DNA from: Octopus sinensis
Lineage: Eukaryota
DNA: 64,000 bases
NCBI RefSeq assembly: GCF_006345805.1
Contig: NC_043000.1
Span: 138,322,001-138,386,000 of the forward strand
Direction: 5' to 3'
The translations under genes were made by a program, and so were the position numbers. Every line of letters starts with the position of its first letter. Within the stretch, counting starts at the first letter, position 1. A model generated the notes under the pieces. That model saw only the letters and a list, made by a program, of their open reading frames with translations, did not search any database and was not told where the DNA came from. Positions 39,960 through 50,309 of this stretch are shown here, piece after piece.

Positions 39960-40135
39960 TAATAAGGAGAATTCACAAAAAAACAACAACAAAAGATGAA
40001 GACAGGTGGTGTAGACAACAAACAGATTTATTAGTATAACGCTCGGGAAGTGAAAAAGTCTTTAATGTTTTGAGCATATGCTCTTCCACAGAAAGGAACA
40101 CAGAAAGAAACAAGAAGAGAAAATAAAGAGAGAGA

Positions 40136-40140
<5 letters not shown>
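39960..40140 (-). mobile_element. Penelope-like element family P2 between (TA)n runs
   Basis: ggagaattcacaaaaaaac...gaagacaggtgg is repeated at 42885-43050; a decayed hammerhead lies at 40060-40095 on the minus strand. Confidence 0.55.
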
Positions 40141-40176
<36 letters not shown>

Positions 40177-40177
<1 letters not shown>

Positions 40178-40345
40178 GTTGTATATTGTTAACTTAATGT
40201 GACAGTAAGGGGGGGGATTACACCACCACTGTTTAGCCCTAGGAAGCATCAACGCTTCCTGTCAGCCTTGTCTAGGGCTAAACAGCGGTGGTGTAATCCC
40301 CCACCTTACTGTCATGTTAAGTTGTATAATTGACAGTATACAACC
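40177..40345. repeat. Imperfect foldback with about 52-bp core arms
   Basis: 40191-40242 versus 40272-40323 has 4 mismatches; outer 16-bp arms at 40177-40192 and 40330-40345. Confidence 0.88.
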
Positions 40346-40401
40346 ACTCTATCGCCCTACCACCATACATATCTCTATGAGATATTTAGAAATTTAATAT
40401 T

Positions 40402-40444
<43 letters not shown>

Positions 40445-40713
40445 TGTATACTAGCTGTCCCTGTGCCATCTAAAATGATGGCTAATTGTAGTATTTTATA
40501 TATAAATAAGGCCAAAAGATAGAATATGGATGGTAAATAAAGTTAATACACTTGTCAATGTTATCTAGTGGTTGTCTTTTGAGATGTGACACTGATCATC
40601 ATTTGTTAGTGAAAGAATGCTGGTTCACATAGCTCCCATGTACATGCACACACTTACACACATATACTCACACAGAGTTGAAAAGCTGTTTGATTTTCTT
40701 TTTCAGTGATGAA

Positions 40714-40922
40714 TACTCTCTTTACTTTTTTACTTGTTTCAGTCATTTGACTGCAGCCATGCTGGAGCACCGCCTTTAGTTGAGCAAATCGACCCTAGGA
40801 CTTATTCTTTGTAAGCCTAGTACTTATTCTATCAATCTCTTTTGCTGAACCACTAAGTTACAGGGACGTATACACACCAGCATCGGTTGTCAAGCGATGT
40901 TGGGGGGACAAGCACAGACACA

Positions 40923-40988
<66 letters not shown>

Positions 40989-41137
40989 GACAGGTTTCTT
41001 TCAGTTTCCATCTACCAAATCCATTCACAAGGCTTTGGTCGGCCTGAGGCTATAGTAGAAGACACTTGCCCAAATTGCCATGCAGTGGGACTGAACCTGG
41101 AACCATGTGTTTGGTAAGCAAGCTATTTACCACACAG
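40714..41137 (-). mobile_element. SINE family A, heavily CpG-decayed
   Basis: Near full length. Confidence 0.9.
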
Positions 41138-41969
41138 GATAAACCAAAGGATAGAAATTTAAAATAAAACCATTGCTTATAGATTCCATGCTCAACACAA
41201 TCAGACTTACAATTTGAGGTACTTCTTTGTTTTTTTACAAAGGTGTTGGGTATTGGATTTTTACTATTGGCTAAAGGAGCTTGAGATATAATTTATGAAT
41301 AAAAAATAAAGTTAAGAATTTTATCAAAATGATGAGATAAAATCAGAGATTTGAAGAAAAAACACCAGTTAGATAGACAATCAAAAAAAAAAAAAAATTT
41401 ACTATACACATATCATAAGTAAAAAAAATTATATTTATATAGTTTCTTCATAGAGTTTCTTAATGTTCATATTCAGTAAATTATCTTTACTTATCTCAAG
41501 AAATGAAATATAAAATATTTATAAAGTATATTAGCATAAAAATTAAATATCAAATGAGATATAAAATATTTATCAGAATTTTTTAAAATGTTCTAGAGAC
41601 CATAAAATCAGTGTTTTCTAATATCTAAATTTAATCAAAAATGGTCAAAAAGCACTCAAAAACTTGCTTCTTAGTTCCTCTAGCATTTTAGCACTACAGA
41701 ATGGATAGCTGTAAAACGCAAGAAGCACAAAATAATGATGTTTTAAGTGAACGGTTTACATTTTTGAAACCAAATTTAGGTTTCAGCAAGCAGAGAATAA
41801 AATTTTACAGCTTCTATAAATATTTTAATTCCCAAAACTGCCAAAATATTCTCTTCAAATGTTATTTTGTGCTTCATGCTTTTAACAATCAATCCCCAAT
41901 TTCCAAAAGATTTACTTAAAAAGCTGAATCTTAAGTAATCTATTGTTTAATCTTCTACACTCTCTCTCC

Positions 41970-42000
<31 letters not shown>

Positions 42001-42139
42001 GAGGGCATAATTATACATACATGCCAGGAGGCATTATATATACGTGCCAAACGCTAAGAGGGACAATCAGTCATTTCTACCAAAATATTACTAATCCCAC
42101 CGAATGCAATTTTTTCAAAGTAAGACATTTAAAAATATA

Positions 42140-42183
42140 GGCCTGTATCAGTGATTTCATACTTACGTAATCATCAGCAGGCC
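42140..42183 (-). ncRNA. Type I hammerhead ribozyme, intact core
   Basis: GGCCUG CUGAUGA uUAC GUAA GUAu GAAA UCA C UGA UA CAGGCC. Confidence 0.85.
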
Positions 42184-42363
42184 TGAATGTACTATAAATA
42201 AACAACGACCCTGTCTCGCTTAAGCCGAACAGCTAACTGATCAACATCAACGAAGCACATGGTGAGTTTATATATATAACTCACCCATGTGCTTCGTTGA
42301 TGTTGATCAGTTAGCTGTTCGGCTTAAGCGAGACAGGGTCGTTGTTTATTTATAGTACATTCA

Positions 42364-42409
42364 GGCCTGCTGATGATTACGTAAGTATGAAATCACTGTG
42401 ATACAGGCC
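42364..42409 (+). ncRNA. Type I hammerhead ribozyme, intact core
   Basis: Stem I ggcctg/caggcc (6 bp), CUGAUGA at 42370-42376, stem II tac/gta, GAAA at 42389-42392, palindromic helix III atcac-t-gtgat; predicted cleavage after A42403. Confidence 0.88.
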
Positions 42410-42794
42410 TATATTTTTAAATGTCTTACTTTGAAAAAATTGCATTCGGTGGGATTAGTAATATTTTTGGTAGAAATGACTGATTGTCCCTCTTAGCGTT
42501 TGGCACGTATATATAATGCCTCCTGGCATGTATGTATAATTATGCCCTCTATATATAAATTAATATGTTCAATAAGAAATAATTATTTTCGAAATTTTTT
42601 CTCTTATGAGGTTTTTACGCTATCTACCTGACAATTTCTTGTTAAGTTTTCCTTATTAAGTAGTTGTCCTTAATTGCAAAATTATATATATATATATATA
42701 ATTAAATAAGGGTAGAAATTGATATTAATCAATTAAAACCAGTGGCCTAGCATATTTTAAAGGAATCCGAAGATTAAAAAGTTTTTTACAAACA

Positions 42795-42839
42795 AAATTT
42801 AGAGGACTGACCACCTTTAGTTGTCAGTCCTCTAAATTT
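42795..42839. repeat. Perfect hairpin, 17-bp arms and 11-nt loop, between (TA)n runs
   Basis: aaatttagaggactgac / cacctttagtt / gtcagtcctctaaattt. Confidence 0.9.
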
Positions 42840-42840
42840 C

Positions 42841-42884
<44 letters not shown>

Positions 42885-42888
<4 letters not shown>

Positions 42889-43050
42889 AGAATTCACAAA
42901 AAAACAAAAGCCGAAGACAGGTGGTATAGGAAACAAACAGGTGTATTAGTATAATGCTCAGGAACTGAAAAAGTCTTTAACGTTTCGAGCCTACACTCTT
43001 CCACTGAAAGGAACAAAGAAAGAAACAAGGAGAGGAAAAAATGTGTGTAG
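42885..43050 (-). mobile_element. Penelope-like element family P2 with a hammerhead-like motif at 42975-43010
   Basis: Minus strand: cuuu CAGUGGA a gagu guag gcuc GAAAC GUU aaag. Confidence 0.55.
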
Positions 43051-43136
43051 TTGCTACTGATCTATTATGGTGAATAATACAAAATGGCTGATTGTTAGTA
43101 AGGAAAGACACACAAATAAGAAAGAAGAAAGCAAAG

Positions 43137-43180
43137 GACCACTGATGAGGTCACAGAAGTGTGACGAAAGAACTCTGGCT
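43137..43180 (+). ncRNA. Minimal type I hammerhead ribozyme (family P3), intact core
   Basis: CCA CUGAUGA g GUCACA GAAG UGUGAC GAAA G AA C UC UGG; predicted cleavage after C43175. It lies in element 43060-43290, which ends in (TA)n. Confidence 0.78.
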
Positions 43181-43290
43181 GAAATATGATTAATGTAAAA
43201 AATAAAGTTGAAGCAAATTAACACAAATATATAGTGCGTGCATTTTATTGGCCAAACTGGCAACATGACCATCCCCAAACACAACAATAT

Positions 43291-43324
<34 letters not shown>

Positions 43325-43424
43325 CACCCTTATAGATACATACATGGAGATATATATATAATAGACAAACACATGTAAATTACATGGATATATGGATATA
43401 GATATATACGTGGATACATATATA

Positions 43425-44460
43425 TATATTGTATGTTCTCATTATCCTTTGCAACTTCATTCTCATCGTCTTCATATTACAACTGTTTTCCATGATTGCA
43501 GATGCTGGATGGGTAATCTTGGAGATCTGGGTTAGCTGCCAGTTGGATGCTCGTTCTAAAATAAAACACTTTACAGTATGTAATAGGTGCATTTTATCAT
43601 GCAACCATATATGTATGATATCATCTGTTTTTAAGTATCAAAATTCTTCCTTTGAGGAAGGAGCTGGTTTCTAACAAAGATGCAAAAATGTTAAACTGTG
43701 GATAAAGAAAACAATGTCACATTATAAACTTGAGAAAAGTCTTGCATATTTTTACTGTTCCACTTACAGATTGTATTTGTAGTGTACAAGTTAGTTGGTT
43801 GATTTCTTTTTCTGAAAACCCTAGCTTATTCAGATTGTCACTTAAGCATTTACTCACAAAATCAAACGTACTAATTATTATTAGTGTAATTATGGATTTA
43901 TAGTCCGCATAAAAAGGTTGATGGCCTCAAAACAGTTGTCTGTAGTTATTTACTTTCTCTTTGACTTTCATAGAGATGTTCACATCAGCAGGACAGGTAA
44001 CCTCTATGATGGTACATACTTTTACTTGCCTGACCCTAGCAACAATATCTGGCCTGTTAGGCTTACACTTGTCAGATTTCTCTATGGGAATGTTTCAACA
44101 GTTTTCCTTATATTGATGTTTCTGTACATATTCAATAACAGTGGGGTTCTCTATATTTATTTCAGCACATTGCATATCGCCTTTGTGACAACATTGTGCC
44201 ACTTAAGGAGGTAGCCTCTTGAGATTTTTGGATAGCTGCTAATCAGATGAGTGATGTCTTCAAAAGAAATATGATGTAATCTACAGTTGCATCTTGGGTT
44301 TCACTGTCGTTTTTGTTTATTAAGTATTTAGTAGCAATCTCCCATTCTTGACTGCAAATGCATAGCCTTTGAAGTGTGATGAGATCTAAGGATCATCATT
44401 TCAAGAGAGGCTACACTTCATATCAATATCACTGTCTTCTTCATTCCTAAGGGAAACATA
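43425..44460 (-). mobile_element. R4/Dong-like non-LTR retrotransposon fossil (zinc knuckle, restriction-like endonuclease and 3' UTR)
   Basis: Minus frames give SSHFKGYAFA..EIATKYLINK, CRLHHISFEDITHLISSYPK, KPNRPDIV...IIEVTCPADVNISMKVKEKVNNY and ...GTVKICKTFLKF (stop at 43717-43719), with stops and frameshifts. Confidence 0.82.
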
Positions 44461-44492
44461 TCCATGCATGCTCTTTTGTTGGTATGCTGGGT

Positions 44493-44694
44493 GTCGAAGG
44501 CGACGAGCTGGCAGAAACGTTAGCACACCGGGCGAAATGCTTAGCGGTATTTCGTCTGCCGTTACGTTGTGAGTTCAAATTCCGCCAAGGTCGACTTTGC
44601 CTTACGCACTGGGGTCGATGTAATCGACTTAATACCTATGTCTGTCCTTGTTTGTCCTCTCTATGTTTAGCCCCTTGTGGGTAATAGAGAAATA
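44493..44694 (+). mobile_element. SINE family B with 12-bp TSD and a deletion in the Nin domain
   Basis: ggtatgctgggt occurs at 44481 and 44695; gactttgcct is joined directly to tacgcactgg. Confidence 0.85.
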
Positions 44695-45363
44695 GGTATG
44701 CTGGGTATTTCACATGTATGTATGTATGTATGTATGCATATATGTATGAACATGTGTATATATGTATATGTGGGTAGATGAACAAAACAAAATAGTTCTC
44801 AACACATTTATTTGGACTTCTAAATATTTAATAATAGGTTGATTCAGAACTAGATTACAGTTTGGTGGATACAAAATCCTTAGGAAAAAGAAATCAAAGC
44901 AGAGAGAATTACTAAAATTATTAAAAAATTAATTTTTCATGAGAATATTTGGGTTAGCATTTTATAGTTAAAATGAAATGGATATTTCAGCTAAGCAGTG
45001 ACATCAATTCTTTCATTACGTGCTTCACATGCTAGAACAGACTGATGGTTTACGGTTGTTTGCATTTTGTAATGTATGACCTTTCAGCAATGATAGGTAC
45101 CCTTTAAAGCAATAACTGATATGATGGTAATATTTTACACATCATTTTTATGTCTCAACCATGTCTGCATAGTTATAGTGACAGTACACTTAATAGGAAG
45201 CAATTTCACTGAGGGCAAACAGGGATTATATACTTTGCAGTTCCACATAAGTCAGATAGTCCCAGAATGTTATTTTGGAGTTATCAGCATCAATCAGTTT
45301 GAAATTCATTGTTAGGGCATTGATGGATACTGCAGGCTGCTACAATATTTGTAGTTTCTTCAG

Positions 45364-45720
45364 GGCGGCAAGCTGGCAGAAACGTTTGCATGCTGGGTGA
45401 AATGCTTAGCGGTATTTAGTCTGCCGCTACATTCTGAGTTCAAATTCCGCCGAGGTCGACTTTGCCTTTCATCCTTTTGAGGTCAATTAAATAAGTACTA
45501 GTTACACACTCGGGTCGATATAATCAACTTAATCCATTTGTTTGTCCTTGTTTGTCCCCTCTGTGTTTAGCCTCTTGTGGGTAGTAAAAAAAAAAAGGTA
45601 CTTTGTCTGTCTTTACATTCTGTGTTTAAATTCTGCCGAGATCAACTTTCGGGGTCAGCATACTAGGGAAATCTAATCCCCAAAAATTTTGTGCCTTGTG
45701 CCTAGAGTAGAAAACAATAT
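45364..45720 (+). mobile_element. SINE family B followed by a degenerate partial second monomer
   Basis: Full copy to about 45600, then ggtactttgtctgtc...aaattctgccgagatcaactt repeats the internal part. Confidence 0.75.
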
Positions 45721-46147
45721 TTGTAGTTTCTTACGGAAGCAGAATTGGCAATTATGAACCCCATGTGAGTTATGTGGAGCACTGTCATGGAAGCTCCATA
45801 TGATATTGAGAAAGTTGTTCCAGAGTTTCCAAATGAAACAATACAGGGAATTGAAGTTTTCCCCACTCCTGAAGAATTGCATACATTGTGTAAATCTTCC
45901 CTTGAAACCATTGATTGTTATCTCCACATGTGTAGTGTCTCATGATGCTACTGGAAGGCATGAGGGTGTGCTATAGACTACAACCTTTGAGAGGCAAGAT
46001 CCTACCTGTTACATGTTTGTGTATGGGATAAAGAGTGTGCGGGTGCATACTTGTTTCAGTTGTGTTGTGCAATGTTATTGTAAACATGAGATGCTAACCT
46101 TGATGTTACGTTTATCAAAGAGTTTGTGATATTTAATACTTCTTAGG

Positions 46148-46369
46148 AAATCTGTTACTGTGTATATAGGTGCATATTTGCATCTATGAAGCTTTATGCT
46201 ATGTGAAGCTTAGTCAGCCTTTTATTGAAACTTAAATTCTAATGGCGTATTCCTCAGTACGTGTGTGTGTGTTTTTAAACTCCTGACATAACTGTGGGGG
46301 TACTGTCATGATATATAGTGTGTCTTGAGCAGTTTAAGAGTAGAAGGGCCTAACACAGTTGATATCTGA

Positions 46370-46400
<31 letters not shown>

Positions 46401-46693
46401 TAAAATAATCAATGTTCCATTGGACTGGCACCTTATTTATTGACCCTGAAATGGTAAAATGTAAAGTTCATCTTGATAAAATTTTGCATTCAGGGCAGAG
46501 ATATTCTGAATGAATATTGTAAAAGGCTTTCAGAATATCTCTGCACTAAATGCAAAATTTTATCAAGATGAACTTTACATTTTACCATTTCAGGGTCAAT
46601 AAATAAGGTGCCAGTCCAATGGAACATTGATTATTTTACTTTCTCTCTCTCTTTCTCTCTTTCTTTCTCTCTCTCTCTCTCTCTCTCTCACTC

Positions 46694-46733
<40 letters not shown>

Positions 46734-46965
46734 ATATCAGCTGTGTTAGACAAGAAGAGCAGGCCCTTCGACTCTTAAACTGCTCAAAACACACAATATA
46801 TCATGACAGTACCCCCACAGTTTTGTCAGGAGTTTAAGAATATACACACACATACTGAGGAATATGTCATTAGAATTTAAGTTTTTAATAAGAGGCTGAT
46901 TAAGCTTTACATAGCATAAAGCTTCATAGATGCAAATATGCACCTATATGCACAGTAACAGATTT
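46148..46965. repeat. Palindrome of about 820 bp with an 18-nt loop
   Basis: Inner arms 46399-46510 / 46529-46640 differ at 2 positions; outer arms 46148-46372 / 46730-46965 are about 90% identical; (GA)n/(TC)n tracts lie between. Confidence 0.92.
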
Positions 46966-47251
46966 AAAAGAATTTATTTAAAGACAGCATCTAGGTAAAA
47001 CTGATTAGGCTCTCATTTGATTAGTTCGATTCATGTAAAGTCAATTCTTGTCAGTACCTTATTAAAGTGAGATATCTTCTTATAATGTTATCTCTCTGTC
47101 TGCCAGTAGATTGGAAATTCTTCTACTGATGCTTTGACTATATCTATAAATGTAGCAGAGATTGGCTGGAATTTCTATGAAATAAATATATTATCTTTTA
47201 TCAATTCGTTTTGCAAGATTCTTGATCTAAAATCATGCGTTGAAACAGATA

Positions 47252-47658
47252 TTGTTGTATTTTGGAATGGTCGTTTTTTTTTCCTTTTTGCCAAATAAAC
47301 ACACGCACTATATATTTTCTTCTTCACTAGTTTATTACTCTTCTTATTTTATTATTTTAACCTGCATCCACTGAGTAGAAATCTTTTGTCATACATCTGT
47401 CACCTCTTCATTGACACTTTTCATTTTTGTCTGTGTTCTTGCTCTATTCTGTTCTTCAGAATAGAGTAAGTGGAGCAAAAACACACACAAAAATGAAAAG
47501 TATCACTGAAGAGGTCACAGATGTGTGATGAAAGATTTCCAAACATGAGTTAAAATAATAAAATAAGAACAATAATAAACAAGCGAAGGAAAAAATATAC
47601 AGTGCATGTGTTCATTTGGCAAAAAGGAATTATAAATGACCATCCTGAAATACAACAA
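47252..47658. mobile_element. Old foldback of family P3 with decayed hammerheads in both arms
   Basis: Arms of about 200 bp at roughly 80% identity, loop ttctt. Plus strand ctgaagaggtcacagatgtgtgatgaaa at 47506; minus strand atgaagaggtgacagatgtatgacaaaa at about 47385-47413. Confidence 0.75.
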
Positions 47659-47990
47659 AATAAATTATAAATAGGGCCAAAATGTAAAATAAGAATAATA
47701 TTGACATAGTTGAATAAAGCAGCCTTTACCCACAGTACTTTAATTTTGGATGTAGATATCTGATGTATTTTGGCAATGTAGAATTTTTCATTTGTCAATG
47801 TGAAATGACATAAGCAAGTCATAAATTTAATGGCATTCACATAAAAATATTTAAAAGAACCTTTTGTACTGGAGAAATTTATTCTTCCAATGTGTGTTGT
47901 AAAACACTCTTAACTGTCACTGGACACCACTAATATTTGTAAGCAGAGCTGTCAAACGTACCAGATTAATTTCAGAAATACAATAGCATA

Positions 47991-48420
47991 GGTGTAGGAG
48001 TGGCTGTGTGGTAAGTAGCTTACTTAAGAACCACATGGTTCCAGGTTCAGTCCCACTGTGTGGCACCTTGGGCAAGTGTCTTCTACTATAGCCTCGGGTC
48101 AACCAAAGCCTTGTGAGTGGATTTGGTAGATAGAAACTACAAGAAGCCCATCGTATATATGCATATATATATATATATGTATATGTGTGTGTGTATATGT
48201 TTGTGTGTCTGTGTTTGTCCCCCAACATTGCTTGACAACCGATGCTGGTGTGTTTATGTCCCCGTAACTTAGTGGTTCAGCGAAAGAGACTGATAGAATA
48301 AATACTAGGCTTACAAAGAATAAGTCCTGGGGTCGATTTGCTCGACTAAAGGCGGTGCTCCGGCATGGCCACAGTCACATGACTGAAACAAGTAAAGAAG
48401 TAAAAGAGTAAGGAGAGAGT
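47991..48420 (+). mobile_element. SINE family A, CpG-decayed
   Basis: Full length. Confidence 0.9.
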
Positions 48421-48828
48421 ACAAAATTATTAAAATGGTTGTGCTAAAAAATTAATGCAAAATGAGTATAGGAACTACATGGTATATTGATTATAATGTA
48501 TGGCACATGGTCTTTGGGTTCAATTCATAGTTGAGGTAGTACATTGTATCCTTCAGCAAGGCTCTTCATTTCCCTTTGTTCTAGTCTATTCAACTGTAAA
48601 TTAGTCCCAGTAGATGCTCTGCTCTCTTCCATCTGTCACATCCCAGTAATTTACTCAAATTAAATTAAAATAGTACTCTGCAAGTCATGGAAAGTAGTAC
48701 AGTCCCCTAATTGTGACTTAAATTGGCAATCCTGTAATCCAAGGTCACACATATTGTATGCATATCATGCTTAAAAAATTTTAATGTCCTTCTTTAACAA
48801 CTATCTACTTGACTCCAAACGACCTCAG

Positions 48829-48976
48829 TTGCCTGAACATCCTGGGACCAAACAGCCAGGTTCTAGTGGCACTACAACTGGCCAACGAGACAGCTTGTTA
48901 GGGCCAGGTAATGCCTTTCAAGCAATTCCTCAGATGCTGGCTTACAACCAGCCGAGACCACCTTTACTCTACGGAG
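48829..48976 (+). CDS. Candidate internal coding exon of an unidentified host gene (148 nt, phase 0 to 1)
   Basis: cctcag| acceptor and G|GTAAGT donor; one open frame, LPEHPGTKQPGSSGTTTGQRDSLLGPGNAFQAIPQMLAYNQPRPPLLYG. GC content and CpGs are clearly higher than in the flanks, and no repeat similarity is visible. It could instead start at ATG 48784. Confidence 0.6.
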
Positions 48977-49010
48977 GTAAGTGTATTTATTGTTTTACAT
49001 TGTTATTTTC

Positions 49011-49207
49011 TGTGCAGGTGGCACGTAAAAAGCACCCACTACACTCGCGGAGTGGTTGGCGTTAGGAAGGGCATCCAGCTGTAGAAACTATGCCTGATCA
49101 GACTGGAGCCTGGTGCAGCCCCTGGCTTCCCAGACCCCGGTCGAACCGTCCAACCCGTGCTAGTGTGGAAAACAGACGTTAAACGATGATGATGATGATG
49201 ATGATGA
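49011..49207 (+). mobile_element. RTE 3' UTR, short copy
   Basis: ggtggcacgtaaaaagcacccactacac...gacgttaaac(gat)n. Confidence 0.85.
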
Positions 49208-50309
49208 TTTTAAAGGTTTTGTCTCTACTTTTATATTTATTTATTTCTAATTTTTTTTTTCCAATCCCATTTGGCCATTTGTTAGTCTCTGTTGAAGGAA
49301 GCCACATGAAACTACTGACAGCTTATCTATATTGTTTGTAACCCTAACTGCACATGCAGTCTCATTGCAGCATGGACTGAGTGCACCAGTAACCAGATGG
49401 TATAAGTTCAAAGTAGAATTTGAACTCAGAACACAAAGAGCTAGAATAGACATCACAAGGTGTTGATAGTGTAAAGGTCTGATAGTCTAATAATTACACT
49501 ACACCACCACCATCACCTGTTGATAATTTATCCATCAACTCTGAAATGATGAATGGATGACTTCAATGATTTTCGCATTAATAGCTCAGAGGGATGGAGC
49601 AAAATACTGCATTGCCATTCTATCCAACTATAACAACTCTGCCAACTTAACAATTTATTCATCTCCACAATAAGGAATAAATTGTTTCCATATTTGTCAC
49701 CTGCAGTTTATTTTATGGGATCACCAGAATCAGAATAATTTCTTTCTTCTTCTTCTTCTTCTTCACTACATTCAATAGAACTGACCTAATCACTGATATA
49801 GATCTCTCTTCTCATTCTCATTACTATAAATAAAATAACATACATAAATAAATAAAAAGAGGAATGTATGGAAACAATGATTTCTAAGGCCATCTGATTT
49901 TCTCATTCCATCAGATGTTGAAGGCCTCAAGTGAGAATTACTTGACTCTGACACTCTTTCTATTACTCATTCATTTATTCCCTTGAGAGAAGATTAAAAT
50001 TTGGCACCGACAACTACAGCTCATCAATTTCCATTTAACATAGCAGAGGGATTTCTCTGTTAGTCATTTAACCTGCACAGTGTCATCACAGAATTTTCTT
50101 GAACACATTCTCTGCCTTTATTATTTCATTATTAAGTGGCTAATAAGCTTGCTTTGCAACTGTGTGATTCTGGGTTTGATCCGACTGCAGCACCTTGAGC
50201 AAATGTCTTCTACTGTAGTTTTGGATCAACCAGCATCTTGTTAACAGAATTTAATGGACAGGAACTGTGAAAATACCTTATGAATATTTTCGTACAGAAT
50301 TTATTGTAT

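Larger units (their letters stand above)
41990..42560. mobile_element. Near-perfect foldback of a hammerhead-bearing element (family P4)
   Basis: Arms of about 280 bp are reverse complements differing only by three small indels; the centre and the left flank are (TA)n. Confidence 0.9.
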
